DNA of 64,000 nt from contig NC_043003.1 in the NCBI RefSeq assembly GCF_006345805.1, positions 109,988,001 through 110,052,000 of the forward strand, in the 5' to 3' direction. The stretch is from Octopus sinensis. Its lineage: Eukaryota. Positions 40,536-56,532 of this stretch are shown one piece after another (position 1 is the stretch's first letter; each line of letters starts with the position of its first letter). Under the pieces are notes generated by a model. The model was not told where the DNA came from and made no database searches. It saw only the letters and a program-made list of their open reading frames with translations. Made by a program: the position numbers and the translations under genes.

Positions 40536-40852
40536 ACACACACATACACATATTCCACATTCACACTCGAAAAGAACAAAATAAGGCTCGTAAGCGAAAA
40601 CGGTAATCGTATCCACATAAAGAACTAACAAACAAGGCAAATATGCACTGGAAAAGAAAAAAAAACTATGATAAATGAGAGAAATAAAATAAGACATTAA
40701 AAGACTCCCAGAATAAAATCTTACACACGTAAGATACTTTTTATCTATCTTTAACGATAAGACCATCACAACAAACCACAGCAAATACCCAAAGCGCACA
40801 GAGCTGCGTTCGGTAGTGCAGTGAAAGCACGTGATAAAAATAAGACTACTGA

Positions 40853-41517
<665 letters not shown>

Positions 41518-41518
41518 G

Positions 41519-42984
41519 GATGGAGAAATTAGGAGGAGCATCTTTGTACTGTGCTTGATACCACTAACACTGATTCTGAGGAAAGCAAAAGCTGGGTGTG
41601 TATTCAAAGGCCACCAACAAAAAGTCAACAATTTTTTATTCATAGATGACCTCAAACTTTATGGTAAATATGAAGCCCAAGTCAGTTCCCTCATTGATAC
41701 GGTGCACACCTTCTCTACTGATATCAGAATGGAGTTCGGTCTGAGGACGTGTGGTGCACTAGTCTTGAAGAGAGGCAAAATCAAATGTATGAACGGTCTA
41801 ACGATACCGTCGGGGGAGGTTATGAAGCAGATAGAAGGGACGGACTATCGCATGGACAGTAGACGAACTAAACAACTTAGACAGAAAGACAAGGAAGTTG
41901 CTAACTAGATATGGGATGCTCCACACAAAAAGTGACACAGAAAAAACTGCATGTACCAAGAAAGAGAGGTGGGAGAGGACTTATTGGATGCGAACACAAC
42001 ATTAGAGCAGAAAGAAACAAACATGACACAGTATGTAAAAATGCCACAAAACCGCTATTATTTGACGTAAGAAGGACAGGCCTGTGTAGTATGAATGGTT
42101 GCAAAAATAAAGCACTATAGAAGAAATTGAAAACAAAAGAAAATGAAAATAGGTAGTAAAGAAAAGAATCCATGGTCAATTTCATAGGCATGTTGAAGAT
42201 AAGATAGACAGAGAAAAAAGATGGCTGTGGATGATTAAAATTGATTTAAAACCGGAAACGGAGGCTCTAATCGGTGCTGCTCAAGAGTAAGTACTAAGCA
42301 CAAACTACATAAAATGCAGAATAAACAGCATAGCAGAAAGTGATAAATGCAGAATCTGTGGACAAAACGGTGAAACCGTATGGCATATTACCAGCCAATG
42401 TATGCCACTAGCCCAGAAGGATATAAGAGACGCCACGACAATATAACCAGGCTGTCCATTGGGCACTTTGCAACAAGTATGGAATTGAAAGGGAAAAAAA
42501 TTGGTACGGCCACAAACCTGAAGGCATAGTCGAGAATTGAAATGAAAAGATCCTATGGGATTTCATGATACACTGCGACCATGAGATAGAGAACAGGAAG
42601 CCAGACATAATCTTAATTGAGAAAGAAAGCAAAGTATGCTGGATCATAGATATAGCATACCCAGCTGACAACAAGGTATGCGTTAAGGAGGAATAGTCGA
42701 AAGATATGACAGGTTAGCTTGGGAAGTTAATCAGTTGTGGTCGATGAAAAAGTTAGCGGTAGTACCAATAATTGTCGGAGCCCTGGGAACAGTAAGCAAA
42801 AATCTCGAGAACTACGTGGAACAAATAGGGGCTGCAATAAGGGCGGAGCACTTGCAGAAAACAGCATGGAATGGTTCGAATATTCCGGAAGGTGCTCGAA
42901 AAATAAGAGGTGTTACTTTAGTTCACTGGTACTGAACAGCTGACTCTGTAGCACATCTCCAGCGATAGAAGCTGTGCAAAGGCA
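41519..42984 (+). mobile_element. 5'-truncated R4/Dong-like non-LTR retrotransposon (RT C-terminal half, CCHC finger, RLE, 3' UTR), pseudogenised
   Basis: FIDDLKLYGK, DIRMEFGL..CG, LDRKTRKLL, RKRGGRGLIGC, KCRICGQNGETVWHITSQC, WDFMIHCDHEIENRKPDIILIEK...IIDIAYPAD, VPIIVGALG; ends directly in (TAA)n. Confidence 0.93.
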
Positions 42985-42987
42985 ATG

Positions 42988-43042
<55 letters not shown>

Positions 43043-43517
43043 TAACAACAACAACGAAAACAATGATAACGATAATAGTGATGATGATGATGATGTTATA
43101 ATAATAATAATAATAATAATAATGATAATAATAGTGTGAAGAAGAAAAAGAAGGAAGTGGAGAAAGAGGAGGGCGAGATGGAGGACGAAGTTGAGAAGCA
43201 GGAGGAAGGGGGAAGAAGAAGAAGAAGAAGAAGAAGAAGAAGAAGAACAACAACAACAACAACAAGAAGAAGAAGAAGAAGAAGAAGAAGAAAAGAAGAA
43301 GAAGAAGAAGAAGAAGACGAAGAAGAAGAAGAAGAAGAACAACAACAACAACAACAACAACAACAAGAAGAAGAAGAAGAAGAGAAGAAGAAGAAGAAGA
43401 AGAAGAAGAAGACGAAGAAGAAGAAGAAGAAGAAGAAGAAGAAGAAGAAGAAGAAGAAGAAGAAGAAGAAGAAGAAGAAGAAGAAGAAGAAGAAGAAGAA
43501 GAAGAAGAAGAAGAAAA
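42985..43517. repeat. (TAA)n followed by (GAA)n/(CAA)n tracts
   Basis: Directly visible; source of the poly-K/E/R/F ORFs. Confidence 0.97.
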
Positions 43518-46375
43518 GGAATTGTATCTCTATTACAAGGTTAACATGAAATAAAGAAAATGACAGCAAGAACTACATCAAAAATACGAGGTCAACTAAA
43601 TTACAATTCTCACCTTATTTTTCATTTGCTTTTCAAACAAAATTATTTAAATGAAGAGGTTTTATCAACAGATAATTTACATTTTTTCAACATAGTTTCT
43701 GCTTTTTTTTCTACAGTTAAGGATGATTGCCGAGGAAGAGATGTCAAATGTAAATTAGATGCCATTACAGCTTGTTAGTTAGAAGTGTTAGATTCAACAG
43801 AAAGCTGTTTATTTTGCAGATCAATGCCAATAAAGAAATGGTTTGCAGTTTTTCATTATAAAAAAAAAATCAACAGAAAAACAGAAAAAGGAAAACAATG
43901 TAGAAGGGAGACACTATCGTAAGTTGTTTTATTTAGCTCCAAGTTATACCTGACAAAAATTTCTGAGATCAAATGTGATTCAGCCATGGTTAATCTATAC
44001 TTAAATATGTGTATCTCGTATTTATACCATTATTTTTCATTTTGCGATTAGATGGTATGATTTGGGGTGTATTAAAGTGTTATTACTAGCAGGCTGAGCA
44101 ACGATACTGAGATTTGTTGGCTCTTAACAATTAGGAATATTACTTTTGTTGTTAATCCCCAGGCATCATTCTTTGAACTTTATGAAATATGCTGCAACTG
44201 TCAAAAATAAAATTTAAAAACTCAAATTTCAATCAGACGAATATTTTGAACATTTCTCTATTTTAATATTGTATTGAGCATATTAATAATTCTCTTCATA
44301 ATTCCATACAACGTTATGCAAAATATATCATCTGACATGATCTTCAGACCAAATGATATTTTTAGCAATCTCTAAATAATCAAGTCGTAATGTTGCTTAT
44401 TGCAATACTATAGTAGGGGTCTTTTAAGTTTTGTATCTTTGTAAAATTGGGTATCTTTGTAACTCTGGCGGCTTTTATCACCAACTTCTCGGATACCCGG
44501 CCTGTGATCTAGGTTCCATTTTATGGTAAGCCATTTCACTATCTCTGTATTTTGTATTAGGGTTTCATTCATAATTCAATGATGTCGGTCAGGAAATGTG
44601 ATCTCTGAGCAAGTTAGTCGTCCTCCCAAACCAGTTTATTATGAAATTTTCAATTATATTCCAACGATTCAATATGTTATCAAATTTATCTCAAACCTAC
44701 TACATTCCTCGTCACCCATTCACTGGTTACATAAACTGCAACAAGCTCCCAAGTAATTTTCATAAAACATCCGTTCAAATAATCCCTTTCTGTCCGAAAC
44801 TCAACCGCCCAGAAAATGTATGTTTTACTTTCCTGTTTTGCTTGTAACTAGCGATTTTCAAGAGTTAAGTATTCTCATTCCCAAGTTGCCACTAGTATGT
44901 TTCAATACTTTCTAATGCTGCCTCTGTAATATATGCAAGTTTTGAAGAAATACCCTAAATTTATTTCAGATACATTTCTCTGTGCAATAAAATTTAAATC
45001 TTTTTATTTTTGCTCAGTAAGTGTTATTTTCTACTTGATTCTATTAAGACATCAAAGAATACGTCTACTATTCCCGTCAAACTTCGCTCTTTTAAGCTGG
45101 ACATCAATATCTTCAAATTGACCTATATTGAATTACATTTCAGACAGTTTCAGCGCTGAGTTGCTGAATCAGAAATATCGTTATAGAAACTATTGTGCTT
45201 AATACCAGAGATTTGCTTATGAGTTGATTGACCCTGAGCACTTGAGCATGTCCTTTATTGACTGACAATATGTGCATCTCTTATCATGACCAAGAATAGT
45301 GGAGGAGTATCGTAGCCATATGTTCAGAAGGATTATTTGGGGTTTGAATAAATGAAGCAAAACCAAACTCTGAAAGAAATATTAGCTATTTTGCATACTT
45401 TCTAGGAGCAAACAAAGAGGAAATAACAGTTGTTACCCAAGGACAAATATCGTGTTATACAATGTTATACATACGTGTATTGAATCTGTATCTTAAAATG
45501 CATGACTTTACTGGTGAGAAGTTATTTCTGTTATTTTTTCTCCGATGTATGCCCAAAGGTGATATTATTATGACGACATTCCATCACTTCCAATATGAAC
45601 ATTAAAATTTCTCCCCATCTTTTACGTATATTCTCTTTAATTTTAACTCTGAGTTTTATTGCTGTACTGAGTTAATGAATGTGATATGTCTTTAAATATG
45701 TCAGAAGAAAACAAATCCGCAAAGCAATTATATATTGGCTTCTTTTATTCTAGACTTTATAGCACTGAACACAGGAGCTGGTGTATGCATTGTTGAAAAA
45801 GACGAATGCTTCACTTGGCTATCTCACGTTAGTAATAATTTGTGAAAAACGTGCCCAGTTGTTAAATATGTTATAACTCCTATATTCTTTCTGTGTGTGA
45901 TTTATTTCTGTACGTGATTACAGATCGTGTACTGAGGGTGCTGATGAAAAGCAAAGAATTAAAAGAAATGTTCAAGTCTCCACTCGAGAAGAACATAAAT
46001 TTGAGAAGTTGAACGAGAGCAGAAATAGTGTTTAAGTTAGAGCAAAACTAACAAATAAATTGAACAGAAGAAACAGGATTTGACTTAGCATTTTTAGATA
46101 ACATTACGAAGGCGATTAAATGCGAATGAAGAAATGTAGGCAAAAGGAAAACAAAGAACATGAAGATTATTTTAGTATAGAAAAAATTAAATGTGTTTTG
46201 AAGAATACCTGTCAAATCTCATTAGCATTACAAACGTAAATTCTCTTTTATCGCATAAATTTAACTTGACTTCATGCGCATCTAAGCGTGCGCAAATCCA
46301 TATGTCTAGCAATCTGTCAATCTCTCTATGTACTCCTTTTTTCTGTAATTTTAATTACATATAAGTATATTCAAG

Positions 46376-46503
46376 TACGTGGCCGAATGGATAGTGCTAT
46401 TGGGCTCACAGCATAAGGTCCTGGTCTCAATTCCTGGGTTGATGGCTTGTGGCATCATTCAGCAAAATACTTCACTTTTAAATGAGTACCAGCCAAATGC
46501 TGG
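46376..46503 (+). mobile_element. Degraded tRNA-derived SINE
   Basis: A-box tggccgaatgg, B-box-like ggtctcaattcc, downstream aaatgagtaccag; family uncertain. Confidence 0.45.
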
Positions 46504-46645
46504 TGAGGACTCTGTGACCTCTACATGTCACAACCTCGATGTTCCGCTGAGCCACGAACAGAACGAAGGATGAGAGGATGTAAATGCCGGCTCACAATTA
46601 TGTCAACACCTACAGCAATTAATGAAGAACATGGTATAAGCTATT

Positions 46646-46906
46646 AGGTTGAGCTAGCAGAAACGTTAGCGCGCCGGCGAAATGCTTCGTGGTATTTCGG
46701 CTGCCGTTACGTTGTGAGTTCAAATTCCGCCAAGGTCGACTTTGCCTTTCATCCTTTCGGGGTCATTAAATTAAGTACCAGTAACGCACTGGGGTCGATG
46801 TAATCGACTTAATACCTATGTCTGTCCTTGTTTGTCCCCTCTATGTTTAGTCCTTGTTTGTCCCCTCTATGTTTAGTCCCTTGTGGGTAATAAAGAAATA
46901 GGTATT
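46646..46906 (+). mobile_element. SINE family A with an internal 26-bp tandem duplication
   Basis: Matches 15281; gtccttgtttgtcccctctatgttta occurs twice (46824, 46850). Confidence 0.9.
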
Positions 46907-47569
46907 AGGTCGAATTCGCTTGCAAATGACGGCGTTTTATCATTTTTAGAAATATATTTTTTTACTGTTTTATTATAATTATTTACATATTTCAATGGTT
47001 TTAGTCAATGGAATGTGGCCATGACGGAGTGCGTTCTGAATAGATTTAGTCGGTGGAAGAGGCCCCATTGTTTAATTCAATTTAACGCACCATCACAATT
47101 TTAAACATTATATACATGAATAGACACGCGTGTACACACGCAGACACATTCAATCACATTCACACATGCACACACACATACACACACACATACAAATTCG
47201 ACTCCTCTTTTCATATATGGCCGCCTTTTATGTGACATTATGCTGGAACATATTCTTGTGCGAGAAGAACGATACTCTCCGAATAGTCCTAATTAAATAT
47301 CCAGTGATAAGCGAGAGCAATATGTGACATAACGTTATATTTCAACCACTGGTTTTGTGTTAGTGGATCGGTTGTTAGACATTTTCACAATCAATCTCTA
47401 TTCACAAGATTATACACGCTGGATTCCTTCAAGTGGTTTTACTACTTGCTCATACATAGATCTAAGGTATTGTACAACCCAGTATATATATATATATATA
47501 TATACATATGATGATGATGATGATGAGGAGGAGGAGGAGGATGATGATGATAATGATGATGATGATGAT

Positions 47570-47848
47570 TATGAAGGATTCCTTCGTCATGAATGTCAAA
47601 TGAGACTTCAATAAAGTAAAGCAGTAATCATGACCTATGGACACGAACCTGTCTCTTGCGGCTTGCTTGTGCCCTACAAACATGTTGACAAATGGAACAA
47701 GTTGCGGACTCAGTTTGCTCAAGTGCTTGTGGAGCTTTTACTGTGTGTCTTCTTCAGTGAACGGCAAAGCCTGCTTTACTTCATGCCAGAAAATCACAAT
47801 GACAGGTAAGGTTCCATATAGAAAACCAGTGTTTTCCCAGCGTGTTAC
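47570..47848 (-). mobile_element. RTE-like LINE 3' fragment (copy 1), single decayed C2H2 finger, (ATC)n tail
   Basis: Minus translation WHEVKQALPFTEED...TCSICQHVCRAQASRKRQVRVH*; UTR ends catgacgaaggaatccttcataatcatcatc. Confidence 0.6.
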
Positions 47849-47850
47849 CT

Positions 47851-47938
<88 letters not shown>

Positions 47939-47973
47939 ACATACATACATACATACATACATACATGCATACA

Positions 47974-48030
<57 letters not shown>

Positions 48031-48033
48031 CAT

Positions 48034-48064
<31 letters not shown>

Positions 48065-48095
48065 GGATGATGATGATAATGATGATGATGATGAT

Positions 48096-48375
48096 TATGA
48101 AGGATTCCTTCGTCATGAATGTCAAATGAGACTTCAATAAAGTAAAGCAGTAATCATGACCTATGGACACGAACCTGTCTCTTGCGGCTTGCTTGTGCCC
48201 TACAAACATGTTGACAAATGGAACAAGTTGCGGACTCAGTTTGCTCAAGTGCTTGTGGAGCTTTTACTGTGTGTCTTCTTCAGTGAACGGCAAAGCCTGC
48301 TTTACTTCATGCCAGAAAATCACAATGACAGGTAAGGTTTCCATATAGAAAACCAGTGTTTTCCCAGCGTGTTAC
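48096..48375 (-). mobile_element. RTE-like LINE 3' fragment (copy 2)
   Basis: Duplicate of 47570-47848. Confidence 0.6.
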
Positions 48376-48407
48376 CTATCTATCTATCTATCTATCTATA
48401 TCTATCT

Positions 48408-48440
<33 letters not shown>

Positions 48441-48500
48441 ATCTATCTATCTATCTATCTATACATACATACATACATACATACATGCATACATGCATAT

Positions 48501-48565
<65 letters not shown>

Positions 48566-49859
48566 AGAATTAACCACAGAGGAAAAGAAGTATAACTAAT
48601 AAACCGCGATAGGTGAACCGCAACATGGCGAAGGTTACTTACTGTATAAACACAGATATACAGGAGACCTGTTCGGTAATGAAAGGTCTGAAAGGCTTTC
48701 ATCATCTAACATTTAAAATTTTGAGATTGAACATAAAATTAAATGAGAAATGGTAAATCTCCAAGTTCAGTTACAGTAATATGTTAAATGCACCACAAGA
48801 TTATGGAATCCGCAAAGTCACGGACTTTTTCAATGACATGTAATTCTTGACAACTTCCTGGAGATATGAAAAGCATCGGCACTTATTACCATATAGAAAT
48901 ATTCCTAACGGTGAACGAAGACTCTGATTGCAGGTCTATTACTCCCATTTCTCATGCTTTCTTACAGGTGTCATAAAAAGAATAGACAAACAAAATAAAT
49001 GCAATAGTCGTCGAGGATTAATTTTTGCTTAAGACCAACAGAGGTATAAGAAAGGATATGTTTTGCTTCAATTCTAGGACAAAAGAAAATACAGGTATAT
49101 CAAGCCGGCTTAGAAAGAAAGGACATCGGATTAATGAGTGATATATTGGAAACAACTTCACTCACATTAATCCAGAAACTGTGAGGGCCAACAATAATTG
49201 TTATAGTTATAACTCCATCTAAAGCGAAGCAGAAATCACCCTAGAGCGAAACCGGTGTTTCTTGAACCAGAAATCGCCTTGAGAAACCAAATTTACAGCC
49301 TGCCAGCTATCACTATAGCTACATCTATACGTATAGTTACACACACACGCGCGCGCGCGTGCACACATATACCTTGATATGTTTTTGTGTGTGTTGATGA
49401 ACATTAGCAATATATTTTCATGTACTTATATACTTATATGATACGGTATAAAAAAATAATAAAAAGATAAATTGAAAAAAAAAAGAAATAAACGCACAGA
49501 AAATGATAATGAAATAGAAAGGTCCAAATATAAGGAAAGAGAGGTGGGAAGAAAATATAAAAGTAGGATGTGAGGTATGACAAAAAACCTTAGGAAAAAG
49601 TAGTAGAAACAAGGGAGAGAGAGAGTGAGAGAGATAGAGAGAGAGAGAAGGTGGGGAGAGATGAAGAATTCTTTAACGTCATTTTAACTATAGAATAATA
49701 ATCTCAGTCACCTTCCTGTCAACGTGACAAACTCGCTTTCAATCAACTGTCGTACATAAAAATCAACGACAGCAATGATGATTATAATGGTGCTGCAGAT
49801 GATGTGATGACGACGATGATGATTGTGGTGGAGATGCTGATGATGATTAAACGTCATGT

Positions 49860-49975
49860 CGAAGTGTGTATATGTATGTGTGTATGTATGTATGTATGTA
49901 TGTATGTATGTATGTATGTATGTATGTGTGTATGTATGTATGTATGTATGCATGTATGTATATATATAGATATAT

Positions 49976-50022
<47 letters not shown>

Positions 50023-50160
50023 ATGTATATATATATATATATACATACATACGCGCTCAAATATATAATATATACATATACAAATGTGCAAACACACATA
50101 CATATATATGTACACATACATGTGTATATATTTATATAGATATACATATATGAATGCATG

Positions 50161-50249
<89 letters not shown>

Positions 50250-50260
50250 CTGTGTATGTA
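49860..50260. repeat. Compound (TATG)n/(TA)n/(TG)n microsatellite
   Basis: Directly visible. Confidence 0.95.
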
Positions 50261-51824
50261 TATGTAGGATGTATAAGGAATAAACTTAACTGTCTTATAA
50301 ATACTATAATTATTCAGTAATAATACGCTGAAGTGAAGCTTCAGTCTGATTCAATATACGTTTTAAAATATAATTTAAAGAAGAATGTATTTATATATTT
50401 TTCCCCTTTATGATTTAAGTATTACTGAGATGTAAAAGCATTTGAAAGGGTTGAAAGGAAAATTTTAAGAGCAATTTCTCCAGCTATGTTAAATCAGGTA
50501 ACTATTCTATATCTTACAGCTGGAATGCAATTATTTATTCTTTATATATTCTTTATATATTCTATATAAATTCTATACAAATTCTATACAAATACATTAT
50601 GTTATATAAGTTCGTTTTATTTTTGCATCCGACTTATTTAAATGATATTTTTCATTTACGAGGAAGAACAATTTTTCTCTGAAGTAGCTAAGCACTCAAA
50701 GTGCCAACCACTTTTAACACGCATTAGAAATCTTTTTTGTTTCATTGTTAGTTTCTTTGTGGTTAAAGTTAGTACAAATCTAATGCACAAAGGCTTCTTT
50801 GGAACATGTTACTGTATATATTTTCTTGTAATATTTCTTACATAAATTTTTGAAAAGATTAATATCCAATCAGATAGTTAAACTTTGACACGAAATAGTA
50901 TAGGTCGTCAAAGGTTACTCAAGTCTACTTACTCATAGTCATTATTTTAGTTTACTTGTACAAAATCTGTTTGAAAAATAAACGACGCATGATAGATAGC
51001 TGTTACCAAACTCAACTTGAAAGTGAAAGAGTATCTCTCATGATTTCCTATTGTCATTCCAATGTAAGTACGAGATTCATGAAAAGAAACCCAGCAAGTG
51101 TTGGATAGATTCCTATATTGCAGCTAAGAGTTTGAATTGCTGGATCTCATGGCCCACAAAGTTCCAAATACCCTCTGCTGTACACAACACTTATACTTTC
51201 TAACGTGCGCAAAATATTAATTTCATCTATTTAATACAAGTGTAATTGAAATGTGGTTAAATAGAAAAACTTGATTCTTTATGCCACTTTCCGAAACTGT
51301 GAAATATATTTTGTACACATATGAAGAACATTTGCGAAATATTTTAATCATAAAGTGTATCCTCTTTTTCTAACTTATATTTTCTTATAATTAGAATGGG
51401 ATCTGTGTACCAGGAACCTCATACCACTAAAAAATATTCTAATAATATTGTTTTACTTCAGTGAATAAGATTATTAACTCTGCAACAAACTGTACCTTGC
51501 TTAGAAATTCCGTTGCTTGATGAGTGATGCATGAGATTAAAAATAGTGACAATTTAACAAAGTACTTGATAGGCAGCATTGGATTTCGATTTTTATATCC
51601 TCACCGATACCTTAATAAATGCTTCCTCACCATTCTATACAAATATGGCTCGATTGATAAAACTGGGATGAATATTATTATCCTATCTGTTTAATTAATG
51701 TTTGCAAAATGTAATCCCTCCCTGTCTTTAGTTAGATATACTATATCTACGACTACATTATCTAAATCAGATCCTAGCGTCTTAAATTATAACCTACCGT
51801 GTCTCATCACACCGTGTCGTCATG

Positions 51825-52122
51825 TTTTTTGTTTGTTTGTTCCTTCTCGAGCCATGCCTGGCTCATAAGGACCGGTTTCTCGGTTTCTCGGCGTATAGGT
51901 TCCCCATCTGGACGGGACGTCGGTCCGTCGCAGGTGAGCTGCAAGATGCAGGAGGAAAGAGTGAGAGAAAGTTGTGGCGAAAGAGTCAGCAGAAGTTTCG
52001 CCATTACCTTCTGCCGGAGCCGCGTGGAGCTTAGGTGTTTCGCTCATAAACACACACATCGCCCGGTCTGAGATTCGAACCCGCGAGTCCGCTGCTCTAA
52101 CCAATAGGCCATGTGCCTCCAC
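51825..52122 (-). mobile_element. SINE family C
   Basis: Reverse-complement match to 27806-28102, with a short deletion in the tRNA head and about 19 extra nt in the body; hairpin gagcca-ggca-tggctc. Confidence 0.92.
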
Positions 52123-53777
52123 ACCATGTCCTCGTGAATCATTGTTGGGTGTGACTTGAAGGCAATTTGGCAGCAATTTCTAGCGGATCTAGTGATCACG
52201 CAGAGGTTTTGACATCGTCTCTTATCACAGATTTTGAATTTTGTGCTGCTTGGTAATATCTACACCAGTGTAGTTGGTCGAATGGTAGTTAATATTGTCA
52301 GTAGATCAACCATGGTCCAAAATTACAGGTGGGTCGGAAGTCATGAGTGCTAGTTTATGAAATACATATATTTATACAAAGATACCAATGCTGCTTAAAA
52401 TGTTAAACCTTTAAAGTATAATAAAGGCTACTTTTTAGTTAGTGAGTTAGCTTATAACGTAAATCGTTTGGCGCTTAATCAAAATAGATACCAGTAATAT
52501 AGAAACGTAGAAAGTTTGAAATGCTTGATTAAGCTATTGAAATACTAGAATACAAGACTATGATATGATGCACACAAGCTGAATAATGTACTTTCAGTTC
52601 CTGTGGAAATTCATATTAAAATAATTTAAAATCGTTTAAAATTCATCTGGGTAAAGTTGGCATAAGTATTGTATTGGAATACGTTCTAACGATGAGTTGC
52701 CTTTCTAAAGATCGGCATTTAGAATATGGGAATAAACCGGATCAATGCGATTTAAAACTTTCATTCAAATTAATGCATCCCACATTTTCAAATAAACTTC
52801 AAAAAGGCAAGGGCTTCAAAACTCCCCTTTCTATCATTGTTAACTTTTTCGAGCGACAAAGACAAGTCTATAGGGTTTGGATGCAATACAAGTTTCTAAA
52901 AGATTTCATGAAAACAATTTATTCAAATCATTTTTCCCTAAGCAAAAATTGTTAATATTTTAGTCGGAAGAAAGATAGATTTTTGTGAAGTTCACACCTT
53001 TTAAAGTATATTAGCAGTGAAAAGATAATAACCTAGTGTCGTTTATTAATTCTTTTTCACTGAGATTTAAGGCATATTTCTTGAATAGTAGATAATCTTT
53101 TGAATATATTATGATTAATCCTCTGAGGAAGGAAGATTCGACAAAATTTTTAAATGATATTAATATCAAGTTTTATAAGAACTCAGACTTTCACGTTCGG
53201 TTAAATATCGATTCTGTGGACAAAATACGAAGCATATTTAAAAGGTGGGCATGATGGCATTTATAGTGTGGGATTTCATTTCAGTGAAGAATGTGACGAA
53301 TCAAAACGGAAAAGAAATATATCTTTTTATCTAGCGCTTTATATTTTGAGTCAGTTAAAAATGTATTCTTCGGTCAAACAAACAAAACCTTTATTCCATA
53401 CGAGAAGAAATCAAAGGAAGTACATAGAATAGAAATTTTAACGATAACCATCACGGATTCACTCAGAGGCAGCTGAAAAATGTTTCTATGACAATTTTAC
53501 TGACATGAAAGTAGGAATATATTTTGTGTAAGTTATGTCAATACTCTTCTTTTACTATTTCATATTTATGAAAAAACACAAAAGCCATTATATTAATGTT
53601 GTTACACTATTTGTTGTATATACATTTTCTCAGTTTCTCTTCTCGATAATGCTTTACAGAAGGAATTTGCTATCTCGCTGAATTCGTAGCAAAAGGAGCG
53701 AGACTAGTACAGTAGGCGAAAACAAATTTGTATGAATGTGATCAAAACGTTGCAATGTATATATATACACACACACA

Positions 53778-53878
<101 letters not shown>

Positions 53879-54409
53879 AATATACGTATATATACATAGC
53901 AAAAGTTTTCATATGTTTATGTATATAGATAGATAGATCGATACAGAGAGAGATAGAGAGAAAGAGGGAGAGAGATTGATAAAATGAGGGAAAGAGTAGG
54001 AGAGTAAAATACTGGAGTAGATACGCCCTCAAGGAAAACACATTTACAAATATTCATATATTTTTTAAAAAACGAAGCAGGTGCACACGCACGCACGCAG
54101 ACAAATATCCATGAACGCACATCTACATACATACTTGGTATTTATCCAGTTTGAAGGAACATTATTCATTAATTTATAAATTCACACTTTTAGTCACACA
54201 CACACACATGAATTTATTTTTTCTCTCTCTACTATTATATATGTGCCCAAATTCTTACACACGCAGAAATATACACGGAATTTTGTTAATGAACAGGTCG
54301 CGGTCTCAAAGCGACGAAAATATTTTGGCAAATTAAATTTAAATGTCGAAGTGAATCTAACAGTTTTGTGTGTTTTTAAATTGCTTATAAACACCTTCCA
54401 CACAGCAAC

Positions 54410-55035
<626 letters not shown>

Positions 55036-56008
55036 AAACTTCAGCATACATACACGCATATGTCTAATCTCTGAAGTGTAGGTAATATCGTTAAACAGAA
55101 AATATTATTTCATCAATGGGATATATGTATTTCTTATCAGCAAACTGTATTGTTGAAATATATATACTGGTTTTAATACACTACATAAAGCATCCAACTG
55201 TTATGGCTGTGATGCAGCAAATTGCTTTTAACATAGCATAAATACATTTTGATTTTCCTTGGAAATCTCTCTAGATAAATATTGACCATAAAGCGAATTC
55301 CTATATTCTTTTTATTCTAATCATCAAAAATACTTTATCTTGGAAAACGTCGCAGTTTTCTAGAAAAATTTTATGCTATCTTTGTTATGCCATAGGAACA
55401 TTGTATTAGCGGCAGTCTCAAGGTTGCTTATCTGTTCTTCGTCTATTAAATATCTGGCTGGATGATTTTTTGTATGAAATTCTCCATTTTATTATTTATC
55501 TATCAACTGCTACGTGATATTTGCAGAGCTACTAGTACATAAAAGCAAACATATACTCATCAACACACAATAGACAGACATTGACAGACGTATCTTAAAA
55601 CATTCATACACGTTCGTATATATCAAATGGCTATCGAATAAATTCTACTAGCTCTTACCACGATTTCCTCAGTTGTTTAAGAGTCTATCTGTTCACAAGT
55701 AAACACAGGCAAGCTCTCGACATCCTCGACTACTGTCCCAACAGGATATTGAGTATGTGACGCCCTGAAGCGGTTAAAGCAGCAGCATCAGTTTGCTTGT
55801 ACCCATTTTGAGTTGAATAGATTGCAGCAACGAGCTCAAAGATACAATGCAATGCCTGGTTCACAATTCGAATGCAGGACCTCACAAATATAATTCCAAC
55901 ACTGTAACGAAAACGACACGCACATTAGAAAGGGTCACAGTAAGGCCAAGGATTAAGAATTTCAATTCATATTCATGTGGTCCTTACCTCATACCAATCA
56001 ATCAATCA

Positions 56009-56531
<523 letters not shown>

Positions 56532-56532
56532 A

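Larger units (their letters stand above)
47483..48560. repeat. Tandem duplication, 526-bp period
   Basis: The unique segments at about 47570-47848 and 48096-48375 are identical except for one T indel; the flanking microsatellites differ in length. Confidence 0.95.

Noticed and set aside
43096-43569. Long poly-K/E/R/F ORFs resembling a charged low-complexity protein
   Set aside because: Purely (GAA)n/(CAA)n, open on both strands, with no splice or codon evidence.
44400-45100. Minus-strand WELVAVYV, reminiscent of an L1/Tx1 endonuclease
   Set aside because: A single short motif amid many stops; cannot be supported without a profile search.
47637-47812. Cys-rich plus-strand ORF and an apparent cag|gtaagg splice donor, duplicated
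   Set aside because: Better explained as the antisense of an RTE-like 3' end with a zinc finger and (ATC)n tail; no recognisable host protein.
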